Positions 1 through 9,421 of a stretch of 35,122 bases of DNA are shown here, piece after piece. The notes beneath the pieces are model-generated. The model was not told the DNA's origin. It saw nothing but the letters and a program-made list of their open reading frames with translations, and searched no databases. Source of the stretch: a virus (lineage: Duplodnaviria; Caudoviricetes); IMG/VR virus record IMGVR_UViG_3300020118_000126, positions 1 through 35,122 of that record; one strand, written 5' to 3'. Numbering within the stretch: position 1 is the stretch's first letter; the number at the start of each line of letters is the position of its first letter. Both the position numbers and the translations under genes were made by a program.

Positions 1-1170
1 GGTCACAGCGACGTCCCGCAGCGTGCCGCCATTGCCGCCATTGGCCGTCGCATTGGCTGCGGTCAGACCGCCGCCGCTGCCGCCATCGCTGCCGGAACCT
101 TGACTGGCCAGTGATCCTGCGCCGGCCGCCGTTGAAAGCCCCGCGGCCGTGCCGCCACCGCCACCGCTTGCCGCGAAATTGCTGGCGCCGCCGGCCGCGC
201 CCGATCCGCCTGCGGCACCGCCCAGCGCGCCGGCTGTCCCGCCGGTGCCCGCCGAGGCATTGCCGCCCGCACTGCCCTCGCCACCACCGCCACCGCCGCC
301 GGACGCGACCCCCGCCGCGCCGTTCGACCCCGCACCGCCCGCATAAGCCGTCAGCCATGCGCCGAACGATGAATTGACGCCAGCCGCACCAGCCGCGCCG
401 CCCGTGCCAACGGTGACGGTTTCGGTGCTTCCCAGAGTGGACGTTGGGATCTGCAATTCGCGGCCGGCGCCACCGCCGCCACCGCCACCGCCGGATGCCG
501 CGGTCGACGCGGCGACGACGACGCCGTTGCCTCCCCCGCCGCCGCCGGCAAAGGCGATGACGCGCGTGAGCGACCCGAACACCGGTTTGGTCCAGGCGCC
601 CGAGACGGTGAATATCTGCACGTCGGCGCTGGCCGGTAGGCCGAGATCGGCCTTCAGTTGCGCTATCGTGCGGTTGGTCCAGGCACCGGCCTTGCGCTGC
701 AGGATGTCATCGTTCGCCGGCGACAAGCCGCCAATCGTCGTCAGGTCGGCGTCATGCGCCTCGACGTCGCTACCGATGACCAGGCCGAGAGTGCCGCGCG
801 CCGCCGAGGCGCTGGCGCTGGTGACGATCGAACGGCCGAAGCTCGGGCAGCTATAGGTCGCGACCGCCGTCGAGCTGGTGAAATAGAAGCATTGATCGGC
901 TGACGGCGAGAGTCCCGCGATGGCGACCAGCTTGGCGTCGAGAGCGGCTGCGGTGAATGCCGCGATCGTTGTCAGCGTGGCCTTGGCCGAGGCGCACGGC
1001 GCAACGTGCGTCGCGCAGCCGCTGCCTTGCGCCAACGGGACCTGCTCGGTGCCGGTGAGCGTCGCCGCGATCGGCAAATCGCTGACTTTCTGTGCCGTTG
1101 CCGCCTGCGGCATGCACGCCGCCAGCGCTCCCGCCGCGACACACGCGGCGAGCCATTTCATCAATCGCAT
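1..1170 (-). CDS. Gly-rich tail fibre/receptor-binding protein with N-terminal signal-peptide-like leader (3' end outside window, >390 aa)
   Basis: Translated by hand; absent from the ORF track because no stop falls in the window. AAGGAG RBS, then ATG 1170: MRLMKWLAACVAAGALAACMPQAATAQKVSDLPIAATLTGTEQVPLAQ, two LDAKLVAIAGL/HDADLTTIGGL shaft repeats, then QIFTVSGAWTKP...AGGGGGG Gly-rich domain. Lies directly after the tail-tip gene. Confidence 0.9.
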   Translation of the reverse strand, partial: MRLMKWLAACVAAGALAACMPQAATAQKVSDLPIAATLTGTEQVPLAQGSGCATHVAPCASAKATLTTIAAFTAAALDAKLVAIAGLSPSADQCFYFTSSTAVATYSCPSFGRSIVTSASASAARGTLGLVIGSDVEAHDADLTTIGGLSPANDDILQRKAGAWTNRTIAQLKADLGLPASADVQIFTVSGAWTKPVFGSLTRVIAFAGGGGGGNGVVVAASTAASGGGGGGGGAGRELQIPTSTLGSTETVTVGTGGAAGAAGVNSSFGAWLTAYAGGAGSNGAAGVASGGGGGGGEGSAGGNASAGTGGTAGALGGAAGGSGAAGGASNFAASGGGGGTAAGLSTAAGAGSLASQGSGSDGGSGGGLTAANATANGGNGGTLRDVAVT

Positions 1171-1180
1171 CGCGATCTCC

Positions 1181-3823
1181 TTATAAGGTCGATTCACGCC
1201 GTCCGGCGCCGTGGTCACCCGGCGGCGGTGTTGGCGGCGGCGTGTAGATCCCGCCCGTCGAGGTGGAATACCAGTTGATGAAGGCGTAATCAGGCGACGC
1301 CTTGCGACTTATCGCCGGCGTGATATCCACCTCATATGCGCTGGTCGAAAATCGCCAGAACACGCCGTAGATCGTCGTATTGGCGAGCCCCGATAGTGTG
1401 CCGTCCGGAAACGCCATCGACCTCCCGTCGTCGAGCACGGCGGTGAATGCCGCGATATAGATATGCGTGTCATCGCTGGTGACGGGATAGGCCGGGTTGA
1501 GCGCATCGATGTTGTAGGCCGCGCGCGAGACGCCGAGCGCTCCCGCCGCGACGGGACCAAGGACGAGCCGGTCGCCGACCTTGCCCCTGGTCCGGTAGCT
1601 TACCGCGACCTGATAGACCTGTTGCGCCGCAATACCATTCGAGATCGTGCGCGAAACAGTACCGGGATCGAGTGTGGTGTCAGCGATCCAGTTCCCGGCA
1701 CCGTCTTCCGCGAGCATCGGCGTGCCATCTTCGTTGAGAAGGACAGCCCCGCCTTCGGCGAGCAGTGCCGCGACGGTGCGATATTCGGTGATGATCGCCT
1801 CGGCATAGGCGCCGGTGAAGGCGCCCGACAGGAACAGCGCCGGGATCACCGCTCCGGCCGCGCTGGTGACGGTGCCGCCGGTCAGGCCCCAGTCGGCCGG
1901 CGCCGGCGCGACCGGCGTCACCGGGGCAAGGCTGACGGTATAGGCGGTGACGGTCGAGATATCCTCGTGCGCCCGGCCATAGACGTTGAAGCTGACCAAT
2001 TTGACGCTGATCGTGCCGCCGACATTGGTGTTCGGATAGGCGAACTTGAACACCGCGTCGTCGAGCCGCACGAACGGCGCCCCGCTGGAATGTGCGGCCG
2101 GATAGGTGCCCATGAAACCGCGGTGCAGCGTCGTCAGGTTATAGGCATTCGCGCCGGTCAGGGTCGCTGTCTGATAGGTGACGATCTCATCATCGACGAG
2201 GCACATCGAAGCGCCAGCATTGGCTTCCGCTGCGGTCGCGTTGCCGAGCGCGCCGAGCGATGTCGCGAGGTTCACCGCGAGCGTGTTGGTCGTGTCCGGG
2301 TCGGCGTGATTGGCGAGCCCCGCCGACAATGTGCCGAACCGCGCCGGGCCGTTGATCGTGCCGACACGCTCATACTTTGTGTCGACGCAGATATAGACGT
2401 CGCAACCGCCCCATGTCGGCGAGGTCGAGGCAGCGGCGCACCATATCTCGGGACCGTGCGCGGTCAGCGCTGGCGGGGCATTGAATAGGACCGGCGCTGA
2501 TACCGAGCCCGGCGCCACATCGAAGTTCGGCGAATAGCCATCGCTCGACGTCGAGGCGCGAGCCGCGGACGATGCGACGCCGACATCGACATGCTCGGCG
2601 GTAAACGTCAGCGTGTCGGCGCTATCGGACTCATCGATCTGCAGGATGCGCACCAACTGGCGGCTCAACTGCAGTTCATCGGTCGTCGTCGTCAGCGTGA
2701 CGAGGTCCATCGGCTCAAGCAGCACGAAGTCCCACGGCAGCGGGAAGGTATATTGCAGGCGTTTGTAGAGCGTCCGGTTCTTGAGAAGATCGGCCGCGTG
2801 CTGGGCGATGCCCGCATCGCAGATCGAATGCCACGTGGTCGGATCCTGCTTGCGGACGCCGTTGAGGTCGATATCGGCATCGTCGAAAGATGCTGCAACG
2901 CCGACGTCATATTGGTGCGCGCGATCGAGGAATTCGACCTGGACGACATTGTACGCATCGCTCTGGTCAATGATGTTGATCTGGACCGGCGCCAGGAAAT
3001 CATTCTCGGTGAGGTCGTATTCCGGCGTCAGGTTCGGTGTGAAGGTCACCCCGTTCCCCGTCGCGGCGCGATCGCCATAGGGCCTGATCTTCAGCACGCC
3101 TTCCGACCAGAACGGCGCCGAATTGGAGAGGTCCGTGATCTCGGTGACGTGTTCGCTCGCCTGGACCTGCGATTCGAGCAGCGGCGAAACGAGCAGGTTG
3201 TTCGCGCGGCAATAGGTCGACCATTCCGTCCAGTCGCCGAGCAGTCCCGAAGTCCAGCCCGGTAGGCCCCATTGCGTGTTCGTCAGGAAGGCGGTGAGCC
3301 AGTCTTTCGGGTCGGCATCGGTCAAGCCGGACATCTGGATCGGCCAGTTCACCTCGAAGCTGTGGTTCGGCAGGGTCGCGCTGTCGTTCAGCGCGTAATC
3401 CTGGGCATAGACATAGGCGATCCTGGCATAGGCGCGCGCCTCGGCCGGATAGAGCGAAGTCAGGTAGCTCCACACCGGCTGGGTCGGCGTGCCTGTCGCG
3501 AGCGAAAGCCCGGCGGCGGCCAACGAGGTGAACACCGACTTGTCGCGGTAGATCGTCGCGATCGAGGTGACCGGCCCTTCGCCGATCGCCATGATGATGG
3601 AGGCGGTATAGGTGTAAGTCGTATTGCTGTTCGACCCGCCGAACCCCTTGCCCGAGCTCGTCTTGGTCGTGTGCGGAATCGCGGTGAAGGCGTTATACCA
3701 GATGAGGTTGCACTTCGCCCGGTTCCGGCCTGCGCCGATGGTCAGCGGGATGCCGAGCGTCGAGGACTGGACTTGGATGCCGTTCAGCTTCGGGTCGGAG
3801 GTGGAGGTGTGCTTGCCGCCCAT
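1181..3823 (-). CDS. Tail tip/host-specificity protein (gpJ/GTA baseplate-like), ~880 aa
   Basis: Follows the DUF2460-DUF2163-NlpC/P60 cluster; motifs GIPLTIGAG, AIGEGP, LLEPMDLVTL, LHRGFMGT. Start moved to ATG 3823 (MGGKH), 1 nt after the upstream stop. Confidence 0.88.
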   Translation of the reverse strand: MGGKHTSTSDPKLNGIQVQSSTLGIPLTIGAGRNRAKCNLIWYNAFTAIPHTTKTSSGKGFGGSNSNTTYTYTASIIMAIGEGPVTSIATIYRDKSVFTSLAAAGLSLATGTPTQPVWSYLTSLYPAEARAYARIAYVYAQDYALNDSATLPNHSFEVNWPIQMSGLTDADPKDWLTAFLTNTQWGLPGWTSGLLGDWTEWSTYCRANNLLVSPLLESQVQASEHVTEITDLSNSAPFWSEGVLKIRPYGDRAATGNGVTFTPNLTPEYDLTENDFLAPVQINIIDQSDAYNVVQVEFLDRAHQYDVGVAASFDDADIDLNGVRKQDPTTWHSICDAGIAQHAADLLKNRTLYKRLQYTFPLPWDFVLLEPMDLVTLTTTTDELQLSRQLVRILQIDESDSADTLTFTAEHVDVGVASSAARASTSSDGYSPNFDVAPGSVSAPVLFNAPPALTAHGPEIWCAAASTSPTWGGCDVYICVDTKYERVGTINGPARFGTLSAGLANHADPDTTNTLAVNLATSLGALGNATAAEANAGASMCLVDDEIVTYQTATLTGANAYNLTTLHRGFMGTYPAAHSSGAPFVRLDDAVFKFAYPNTNVGGTISVKLVSFNVYGRAHEDISTVTAYTVSLAPVTPVAPAPADWGLTGGTVTSAAGAVIPALFLSGAFTGAYAEAIITEYRTVAALLAEGGAVLLNEDGTPMLAEDGAGNWIADTTLDPGTVSRTISNGIAAQQVYQVAVSYRTRGKVGDRLVLGPVAAGALGVSRAAYNIDALNPAYPVTSDDTHIYIAAFTAVLDDGRSMAFPDGTLSGLANTTIYGVFWRFSTSAYEVDITPAISRKASPDYAFINWYSTSTGGIYTPPPTPPPGDHGAGRRESTL

Positions 3824-3824
3824 G

Positions 3825-4142
3825 CTACCCGCGCATAGGCTCGTCGCGAGGACCCGAGCGGCCGCGGCGAAATACCGCGTCGCAGTCCGCAACCGTACGC
3901 TCGGCGCTGCCATCGAGCTTCTCGTCGGCCAGCACCACGCATGGCGTTACGACCACGGATTCACGCAGGACCGCGCGCAAAGCCGCGACTGCGCATAGGT
4001 CGGCGACGCCGGGAATATCGTATCCGTGCCGGAGCAGGACCGGCAGCATCGCCGCCTTCATCTTGTCGACGAGATCATAGTCAAGATCTTCGCCCGACTG
4101 GACCCGGGCACTCACAACGAGGGAGATGTTGGCGGTGCGCAT
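3825..4142 (-). CDS. Hypothetical protein (105 aa) between NlpC/P60 and the tail-tip gene
   Basis: ATG overlaps the NlpC stop (TGATG); its stop is 1 nt before the next ATG. Confidence 0.65.
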   Translation of the reverse strand: MRTANISLVVSARVQSGEDLDYDLVDKMKAAMLPVLLRHGYDIPGVADLCAVAALRAVLRESVVVTPCVVLADEKLDGSAERTVADCDAVFRRGRSGPRDEPMRG

Positions 4143-4585
4143 CAGGCGTCTCCGAACAGCGTAAAAAACCGAACCGGCCGTGACCGCAGATCCTCGTCGC
4201 GATCGATGTTCCCGCGCACCACGCCACAGCGGATCAGCGCGTGAATGACCTCGGGCGGCTCAATGACGATGGCGCCGTGCGAATAGACGCGGCCGAATTT
4301 CCAGATGCAGAAATCGCCGGGCGCCAGCTGCTCGCGCGTGATCTCGCGCGCATAGGGCGTCACCCATTCGAGATACTTTTCCTCGTCGCGGTGCAGCATC
4401 CATTCGGACGAATATTGCGGCTTTAGCTCGGGGACGAGGCCGACGGCATGGTAACAAGCCGCTGGAAACATCGCGCAATCGGTTCCGACACCCTTGATCG
4501 AGGCGTGAGAATGGTATGCAGTTGTTTCCCAGGACAGCGCCTCGGCGACGATCTCCGCGCGCTTGATGCGCTCTAAGTCATTCAT
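4142..4585 (-). CDS. NlpC/P60 tail-associated peptidase
   Basis: YHSHASIKGVGTDCAMF (catalytic Cys), YSHGAIV (His), IHA. Start ATG 4585 overlaps the upstream TAA (TAATG). Confidence 0.9.
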   Translation of the reverse strand: MNDLERIKRAEIVAEALSWETTAYHSHASIKGVGTDCAMFPAACYHAVGLVPELKPQYSSEWMLHRDEEKYLEWVTPYAREITREQLAPGDFCIWKFGRVYSHGAIVIEPPEVIHALIRCGVVRGNIDRDEDLRSRPVRFFTLFGDA

Positions 4586-5463
4586 TATAATGATGTTTCT
4601 GGCGACGGCACGAATTCGCAACCTTTGAAGTTCGCCAGATTGTTGAACTTACCCGAGCAGGTAGTCGACGTCCGATCGCAGCCCCAATAGGCGGTGAACG
4701 TGTCGCCGGCCGATGGCTTCACCGGCAGCGGATTGATGATCTCGAACGCCCCGTCGCCCGCATTGGTGCGGATCGATCGTGCCAGGCCGTTGTTCGCGCC
4801 GGACGTGAACGTCAGGCGGCCGAGCGAGAACTTGTCCGGCACCCCGGTGAGGTTCGAGAGCCAGGTCGTCTGTGTCGGCCGGGTATCGGGCGGTCCCACC
4901 ACGCCCGCCTGCACCGTGCCCGACGACGAGAACGACGCCGGGTTGAGCGTGCATCCGCTGTCATAGACGTTATGCAGGCACGTCGACTGATAGAGGTGCG
5001 GCGGCATGTTGACGTTGAGCAGGATCGTCCAGGCAGACACCGTGACCCGCGCGGTCGAGCCGCTGATCTCGCCGACCGAGGTGACGCGGCCGGAGAAGCG
5101 CAGGACGGTGCCAGCTGCAGGGACGCCCCAGTCCGCCATGAAGGCGCGATCGAGGCGCACGTTCGCGCCATCGAGACCGCGCCCGATGATGAACGGGATG
5201 ACCGGGACGCCGGCGATCAGATCATTCGCGTTCGCATTGATCGTCAGTTCGAGCGTCGCGACCTCGATGCCGATCTTTTCCGAGATCGCACCTCGGTCGA
5301 TCGCCGGGCCCATCACATAATTATGGCCGTTGGCGTAGACCGCGACATCGGCGCCGGACCAGCGCACCACGGTGCCGTTGCGCAATGTCAGCGTCCAGAG
5401 GTCCGCCTTCTGGAAATTGCCGCTCGCGAGCAGGGTGATGAGGGGGGCGGAAGCTGATTTCAT
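4585..5463 (-). CDS. DUF2163/BR0599-type tail hub protein, probable Fe-S ligands
   Basis: YQSTCLHNVYDSGC...GCDRTSTTCSGKFNNLANFKG signature; position after DUF2460. Confidence 0.9.
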   Translation of the reverse strand: MKSASAPLITLLASGNFQKADLWTLTLRNGTVVRWSGADVAVYANGHNYVMGPAIDRGAISEKIGIEVATLELTINANANDLIAGVPVIPFIIGRGLDGANVRLDRAFMADWGVPAAGTVLRFSGRVTSVGEISGSTARVTVSAWTILLNVNMPPHLYQSTCLHNVYDSGCTLNPASFSSSGTVQAGVVGPPDTRPTQTTWLSNLTGVPDKFSLGRLTFTSGANNGLARSIRTNAGDGAFEIINPLPVKPSAGDTFTAYWGCDRTSTTCSGKFNNLANFKGCEFVPSPETSL

Positions 5464-5464
5464 C

Positions 5465-6121
5465 TCAGGCCTTCACCGACATGAACGCCAGGCCCGACTG
5501 CGACCACAGGCCAGCCATCATCTGCGAGACGTCGAGGTCATCCTGATCGAAGCGGCACGCGAAGAGGAATCGGCCGGTCCAGGTCAGCACTGCGGCGGCG
5601 CCAGGCGCGCTGGTGAAGGTGATGACGCCATAAGGGCCGACGGTGAACGCCGTGGTGGGCGTCCCGTTGACGAACACGGTCGGTGTGCCGGTGAGACCTC
5701 CCACGGGCTCGGAGAAGGTCGAGCCACCAAAGAGCGCCGACCGGGTGAGGCGGAACACCGTCGTGACGCCATCGCCCGTGCCGAATTGCTGCCCGACCAC
5801 GGTATTGTCGCCGGGATCCAGGAAATAGAATTGCTCGAAACGACCGGCATGGAGGTTGAAGAACGTGACGAGGCGATTGAGGTCCGGCGTGGCGATCGCA
5901 TCCCTCAGGACTTCATAGCTGACCTTGAACGACCAGCGCGGGTAGGACCATTGCTTGGTGCGGCGCTCGCGGCCGGACACCGACGTCGCGATTGCCGTCT
6001 GCCATGCCGGCTTTTTCGAGACGAGGAACGATTGGCCGATCAGGAGGGGGAAGACGTCCGGATCGTCGATGCCATCGGCGGTGGTGATCAACCAGCGGGT
6101 GGGCAAATAGGGAGATGGCAC
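5465..6121 (-). CDS. DUF2460 (TIGR02217-type) distal tail protein
   Basis: SVSGRERR..WSYPRW, FFNLHAGRFEQF.F.DP.D, FGTGDG, CRFDQD motifs. Likely start GTG 6121 after GAGGGGAG. Confidence 0.88.
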   Translation of the reverse strand: MPSPYLPTRWLITTADGIDDPDVFPLLIGQSFLVSKKPAWQTAIATSVSGRERRTKQWSYPRWSFKVSYEVLRDAIATPDLNRLVTFFNLHAGRFEQFYFLDPGDNTVVGQQFGTGDGVTTVFRLTRSALFGGSTFSEPVGGLTGTPTVFVNGTPTTAFTVGPYGVITFTSAPGAAAVLTWTGRFLFACRFDQDDLDVSQMMAGLWSQSGLAFMSVKA

Positions 6122-6217
6122 GCGGTCGGTCTCCCCTCGTCGGATATGGAATTGGCGGCCGGGCACTGGACTTTCCCGCCGCCGGCGGTACCGTCGCGCG
6201 CCAGGGGAAATGCCGCG

Positions 6218-6385
6218 ATGAGCAAGATTTCGTGCCCGAACTGCCGCCAGGTGACGCCGCGCGCTGGTTTCGGATGCTTGGCCGTCGGGCTGTCGATCGC
6301 GCTATTCCCGGTCGGCTTGCTGTTCTTGTTGCTCGGCCGGAAGCCGACGGCTTGCCGGCACTGCAAATTCATTTTCAAGACGTGA
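6218..6385 (+). CDS. 55-aa CxxC-hydrophobic-CxxC membrane zinc-ribbon protein (BRI3/LITAF-like), antisense moron
   Basis: AGGGGA RBS, ATG 6218: MSKISCPNCRQVTPRAGFGCLAVGLSIALFPVGLLFLLLGRKPTACRHCKFIFKT. Fills the gap between tape measure and Dit. Confidence 0.8.
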   Translation: MSKISCPNCRQVTPRAGFGCLAVGLSIALFPVGLLFLLLGRKPTACRHCKFIFKT

Positions 6386-6395
6386 GGCCGAGAGG

Positions 6396-9300
6396 CTAGT
6401 TCACCTTCGCGCCATTGCGCGCCGCCGCCTTCGCGGCCTTCGCGACGCCGTGCTGATGCGTCATCAGCCACTTCTCGATCGACGCCTTGTCGGTCGGGCC
6501 GTTGAAATGCAGGTGATAATGTTCACCACCATCGTTCGCCGCTGCCGGACTATTGTTGTTCGCGGCGCCGCCGCCGAGCATCGTGCGCAACGGCTGTGCG
6601 GCCCATGCGGGTAGGACCATTTCCCGCGCGTGAATCATGGTCGGCGTGTCGGTCGGGACGTCCCACCAGCCGCCCGCAGCCGAAGCCGCTGGGGCGAAGG
6701 CTGCGGCAGCCGCTGCCATCGACGCGCCGAACGCCGGCGCGCCCATATCAATCGGCCACGGCGCTGCGGCAAACGACGCGACGCCGTTTGCGCCGGCCAG
6801 GCCGATCGCCGACGTGACCTGCGCCACGGCTGCGGCGCTGGACGCCGCGCGCCCGAGCAGCAGCGTCGAGATATGCTTGACCAGCCATTGTTCGAGGATC
6901 GTCGCCAGTGCGTTCGAGACAATCTGCACCATGCCCTGGTAAAGGCCTTTGAGCGTGGCGGAGAAGCCCTGCTGCAGCGTGATCAGCTTCGCGATGTTCG
7001 ACGACCAAAGCTGCGCGGTCGACGCTATCGCCGTGCGCTGGATTGCGGTGCGCTGGAGCGCCGCCTGCTGGTCGATCTGCGTCAACTTGAGTTGGTGCTG
7101 CTGCTCCAGCGTCTCGATCTGCCGCGCCAGCTGCGCATATTTCACCGGGTCTTTGGACGGATCCACCGCTTTGAGATTGCGCTGTGCAGCCTGCAGTTCG
7201 ATCTGGAACCGTCGCTCCTCGAATTGCCGGTCCTGCGCGAGCAGCTGCGCATTCGTTTCAACGCCGAGTGCGACGCGCTGCTTGGCGAGATTTTCCGCGG
7301 CGGTGATTTCGGCGAGATTGGCCCTGTCGCTCGCCTCCTGGCGGATCCGTTCCAGTTCGACGATTTGCTGTGCGGCGTCGCGCTTGATCCTGACGATCTC
7401 AGCCTGCGCTGCCGCATACTCCTTCGATTCGAGGCCGAACATATGCCCGACGACGTCGAGATGCTTCTGCGCCAGGAGCAGCTTGGCCGCTTCGTTCTTG
7501 TCGGCCTCCGCCAGGCTGCGCTTGTAGCCATCCTCCTCGATCGCCCACTTTTCGCGGATGATCTGGCTGTGCACAGCAAGATATTTTGTCTCGATGGCGG
7601 CGCGATCCTTCGCACTCAGATTGGTGCGCTGAAGGATTTTCGACCAGTAATCGGCTTCGACCTGAAGACTGAAGGCGATGGCGGTTCCCCGCGCATCCTG
7701 CTCAGCGGCCCACGCTAATTTCTTGGCGGTGAGCGCCGCCTCGAGTTGCTGGACGAGCTCGTCCTTTGCCTTGTGATGCTTTCCCTTGTCGCCGGCCGTC
7801 GAAAGGTCGCCGCCGGGGTCTTCACCATGCTTCGGCAACTTGATTCCGGTCGACTTGGGTGGCGCGGCCGTGTCGCCTGCATGCGCCCAATACTGCGCCA
7901 GCTTATCGCGCTCGCCATCGGCGCTCGCGAACCACCCCTGCGCCTGCTGCGCATAGGCCCTGGCATCGTCAGCGATCTGCTTGCCGCGGGTGCGCACGAC
8001 ATTGTCGATCTGCGCCAGGCCCGCGTCCCAATCGGCCGCGATGCTCCCCCATCGCAGCGAGAGCGAATCCTCGACGATCCGGCCGAGCATCTGAAACTCG
8101 ACCTTCATGATATCGATGACCTCGCCGACCTGCTCGAACGTCGTCGCAATCCGCCCATACCAGTCGATGACCTGGCCGATCATCTCGTCGAACCCGATCT
8201 TGAAGCCCTCGACGAGCGTGACGACTGCGGCGATCACCACCTTGAACAGCATCACGACTATGTCGATCACCGTCTTGATGACGGCGGCCCAATCGACAGC
8301 GCCGCTGCCGGTGCCGCTGAACATGACCGAGAATGCGGCGCCGACAGCACCGAGGATGTCGCCGACCGCGTGGAACGCCTCGCCAATGGCGTCGAACACG
8401 ACTTTGAGCGCGCCGCCGGTATTGTAGCTTTCGGTCATGGCCTTGACCATGCCATTGAACCCGTCGACCAGCTCGGTGAGCAGCGGCGCGAACGCGTCCG
8501 ATAGCGTCATCTTGAGGCCCAGCATCGCCAGCTTGCCCTCGTTGAGCGACTCCGCCAGCTTTACGCCCTTGCCGGCCGCCTCCTCATTGACGGCGCCGTA
8601 TTCCTTGGCTTTCTCGATCAGTTCGGCAAAGCCTGCCGACCCTTCATTGAGGAACGGGATCAGCTCTTTACCCGCACGGCCCATCAGCGCCATCGCGATT
8701 GCCGTCTTGTTCGGGCCATCGGCCATGCCGTTGAAGCGGTCCATCACGGCATTCAGGACCTGCATCTGCGTCGCGTTTTGTGGGATCAGGATGCCGAGAT
8801 CCCGGAACAGCTTCGGGTTCTTCTCGAGCCGAAGGTCCATCTGGCCCATGCCCTTGGTGAGGGCGTCGAACGGGATGCCGGTAGCGGCCGCAGCTGCGGC
8901 CAGTCCTTGGGTCTGCGCCATCGTCAGGCCCAGCTGCTGCGCGACGTGATAGGTCTTTTCCGCCGCCTCGCCCATGGCCTCGGCGAACCGGTGGATTTCC
9001 TCCACGGCAAAGGCGGCCATCATCAGTTCACCGAATGAGATCAGTGACTCGCGGATCTCACGCAGCCCGGCGACCGATTCGTGCAGTTGGACACCCATTT
9101 CGCGAGCGCTTGCGGCGATGCCGGCTAATCCGTGCTCCACATGCTCAGCTGCCGGCGCCGCTGTTGTCGACATCGCCTTCAGTTCGGCATTGACCTGCGC
9201 GATGCTGGCCTTGGCCTTTTCGGCCGCCGTGGCACTGGCGAGCATGCCCTCGCGCAGCGCCTCGGTCGACCCAGACGTCGCTGCCTCTTTGGCGAAGGCA

Positions 9301-9404
9301 TTGAGATCCTTCGTTGCAGCCTTCAGTTCGGCCGACATGACCGCGCGCTTGACCTGAAGGTCAGCGACGTCCGCTGTGATGCTGACGGCGATGTTATTGG
9401 ACAT
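6396..9404 (-). CDS. Tape measure protein (1002 aa)
   Basis: Long Ala-rich helical protein after the tail chaperones; AMALMGRAGKELIPFLNEG core; C-terminal SAAGG.W.VP.D....IHAREMVLP. Confidence 0.93.
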   Translation of the reverse strand: MSNNIAVSITADVADLQVKRAVMSAELKAATKDLNAFAKEAATSGSTEALREGMLASATAAEKAKASIAQVNAELKAMSTTAAPAAEHVEHGLAGIAASAREMGVQLHESVAGLREIRESLISFGELMMAAFAVEEIHRFAEAMGEAAEKTYHVAQQLGLTMAQTQGLAAAAAATGIPFDALTKGMGQMDLRLEKNPKLFRDLGILIPQNATQMQVLNAVMDRFNGMADGPNKTAIAMALMGRAGKELIPFLNEGSAGFAELIEKAKEYGAVNEEAAGKGVKLAESLNEGKLAMLGLKMTLSDAFAPLLTELVDGFNGMVKAMTESYNTGGALKVVFDAIGEAFHAVGDILGAVGAAFSVMFSGTGSGAVDWAAVIKTVIDIVVMLFKVVIAAVVTLVEGFKIGFDEMIGQVIDWYGRIATTFEQVGEVIDIMKVEFQMLGRIVEDSLSLRWGSIAADWDAGLAQIDNVVRTRGKQIADDARAYAQQAQGWFASADGERDKLAQYWAHAGDTAAPPKSTGIKLPKHGEDPGGDLSTAGDKGKHHKAKDELVQQLEAALTAKKLAWAAEQDARGTAIAFSLQVEADYWSKILQRTNLSAKDRAAIETKYLAVHSQIIREKWAIEEDGYKRSLAEADKNEAAKLLLAQKHLDVVGHMFGLESKEYAAAQAEIVRIKRDAAQQIVELERIRQEASDRANLAEITAAENLAKQRVALGVETNAQLLAQDRQFEERRFQIELQAAQRNLKAVDPSKDPVKYAQLARQIETLEQQHQLKLTQIDQQAALQRTAIQRTAIASTAQLWSSNIAKLITLQQGFSATLKGLYQGMVQIVSNALATILEQWLVKHISTLLLGRAASSAAAVAQVTSAIGLAGANGVASFAAAPWPIDMGAPAFGASMAAAAAAFAPAASAAGGWWDVPTDTPTMIHAREMVLPAWAAQPLRTMLGGGAANNNSPAAANDGGEHYHLHFNGPTDKASIEKWLMTHQHGVAKAAKAAARNGAKVN

Positions 9405-9421
9405 GCATCGCCTTTCTCAGG

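Noticed and set aside
63-1186. Pro-rich and Arg-rich ORFs listed in the ORF track at the left end
   Set aside because: They are antisense or off-frame shadows of the Gly-rich fibre gene on the - strand (1170 to beyond the edge).
5372-6385. 337-aa + strand ORF
   Set aside because: Only the last 55 codons (from ATG 6218 with RBS) look real; the rest is antisense to the DUF2460 gene.
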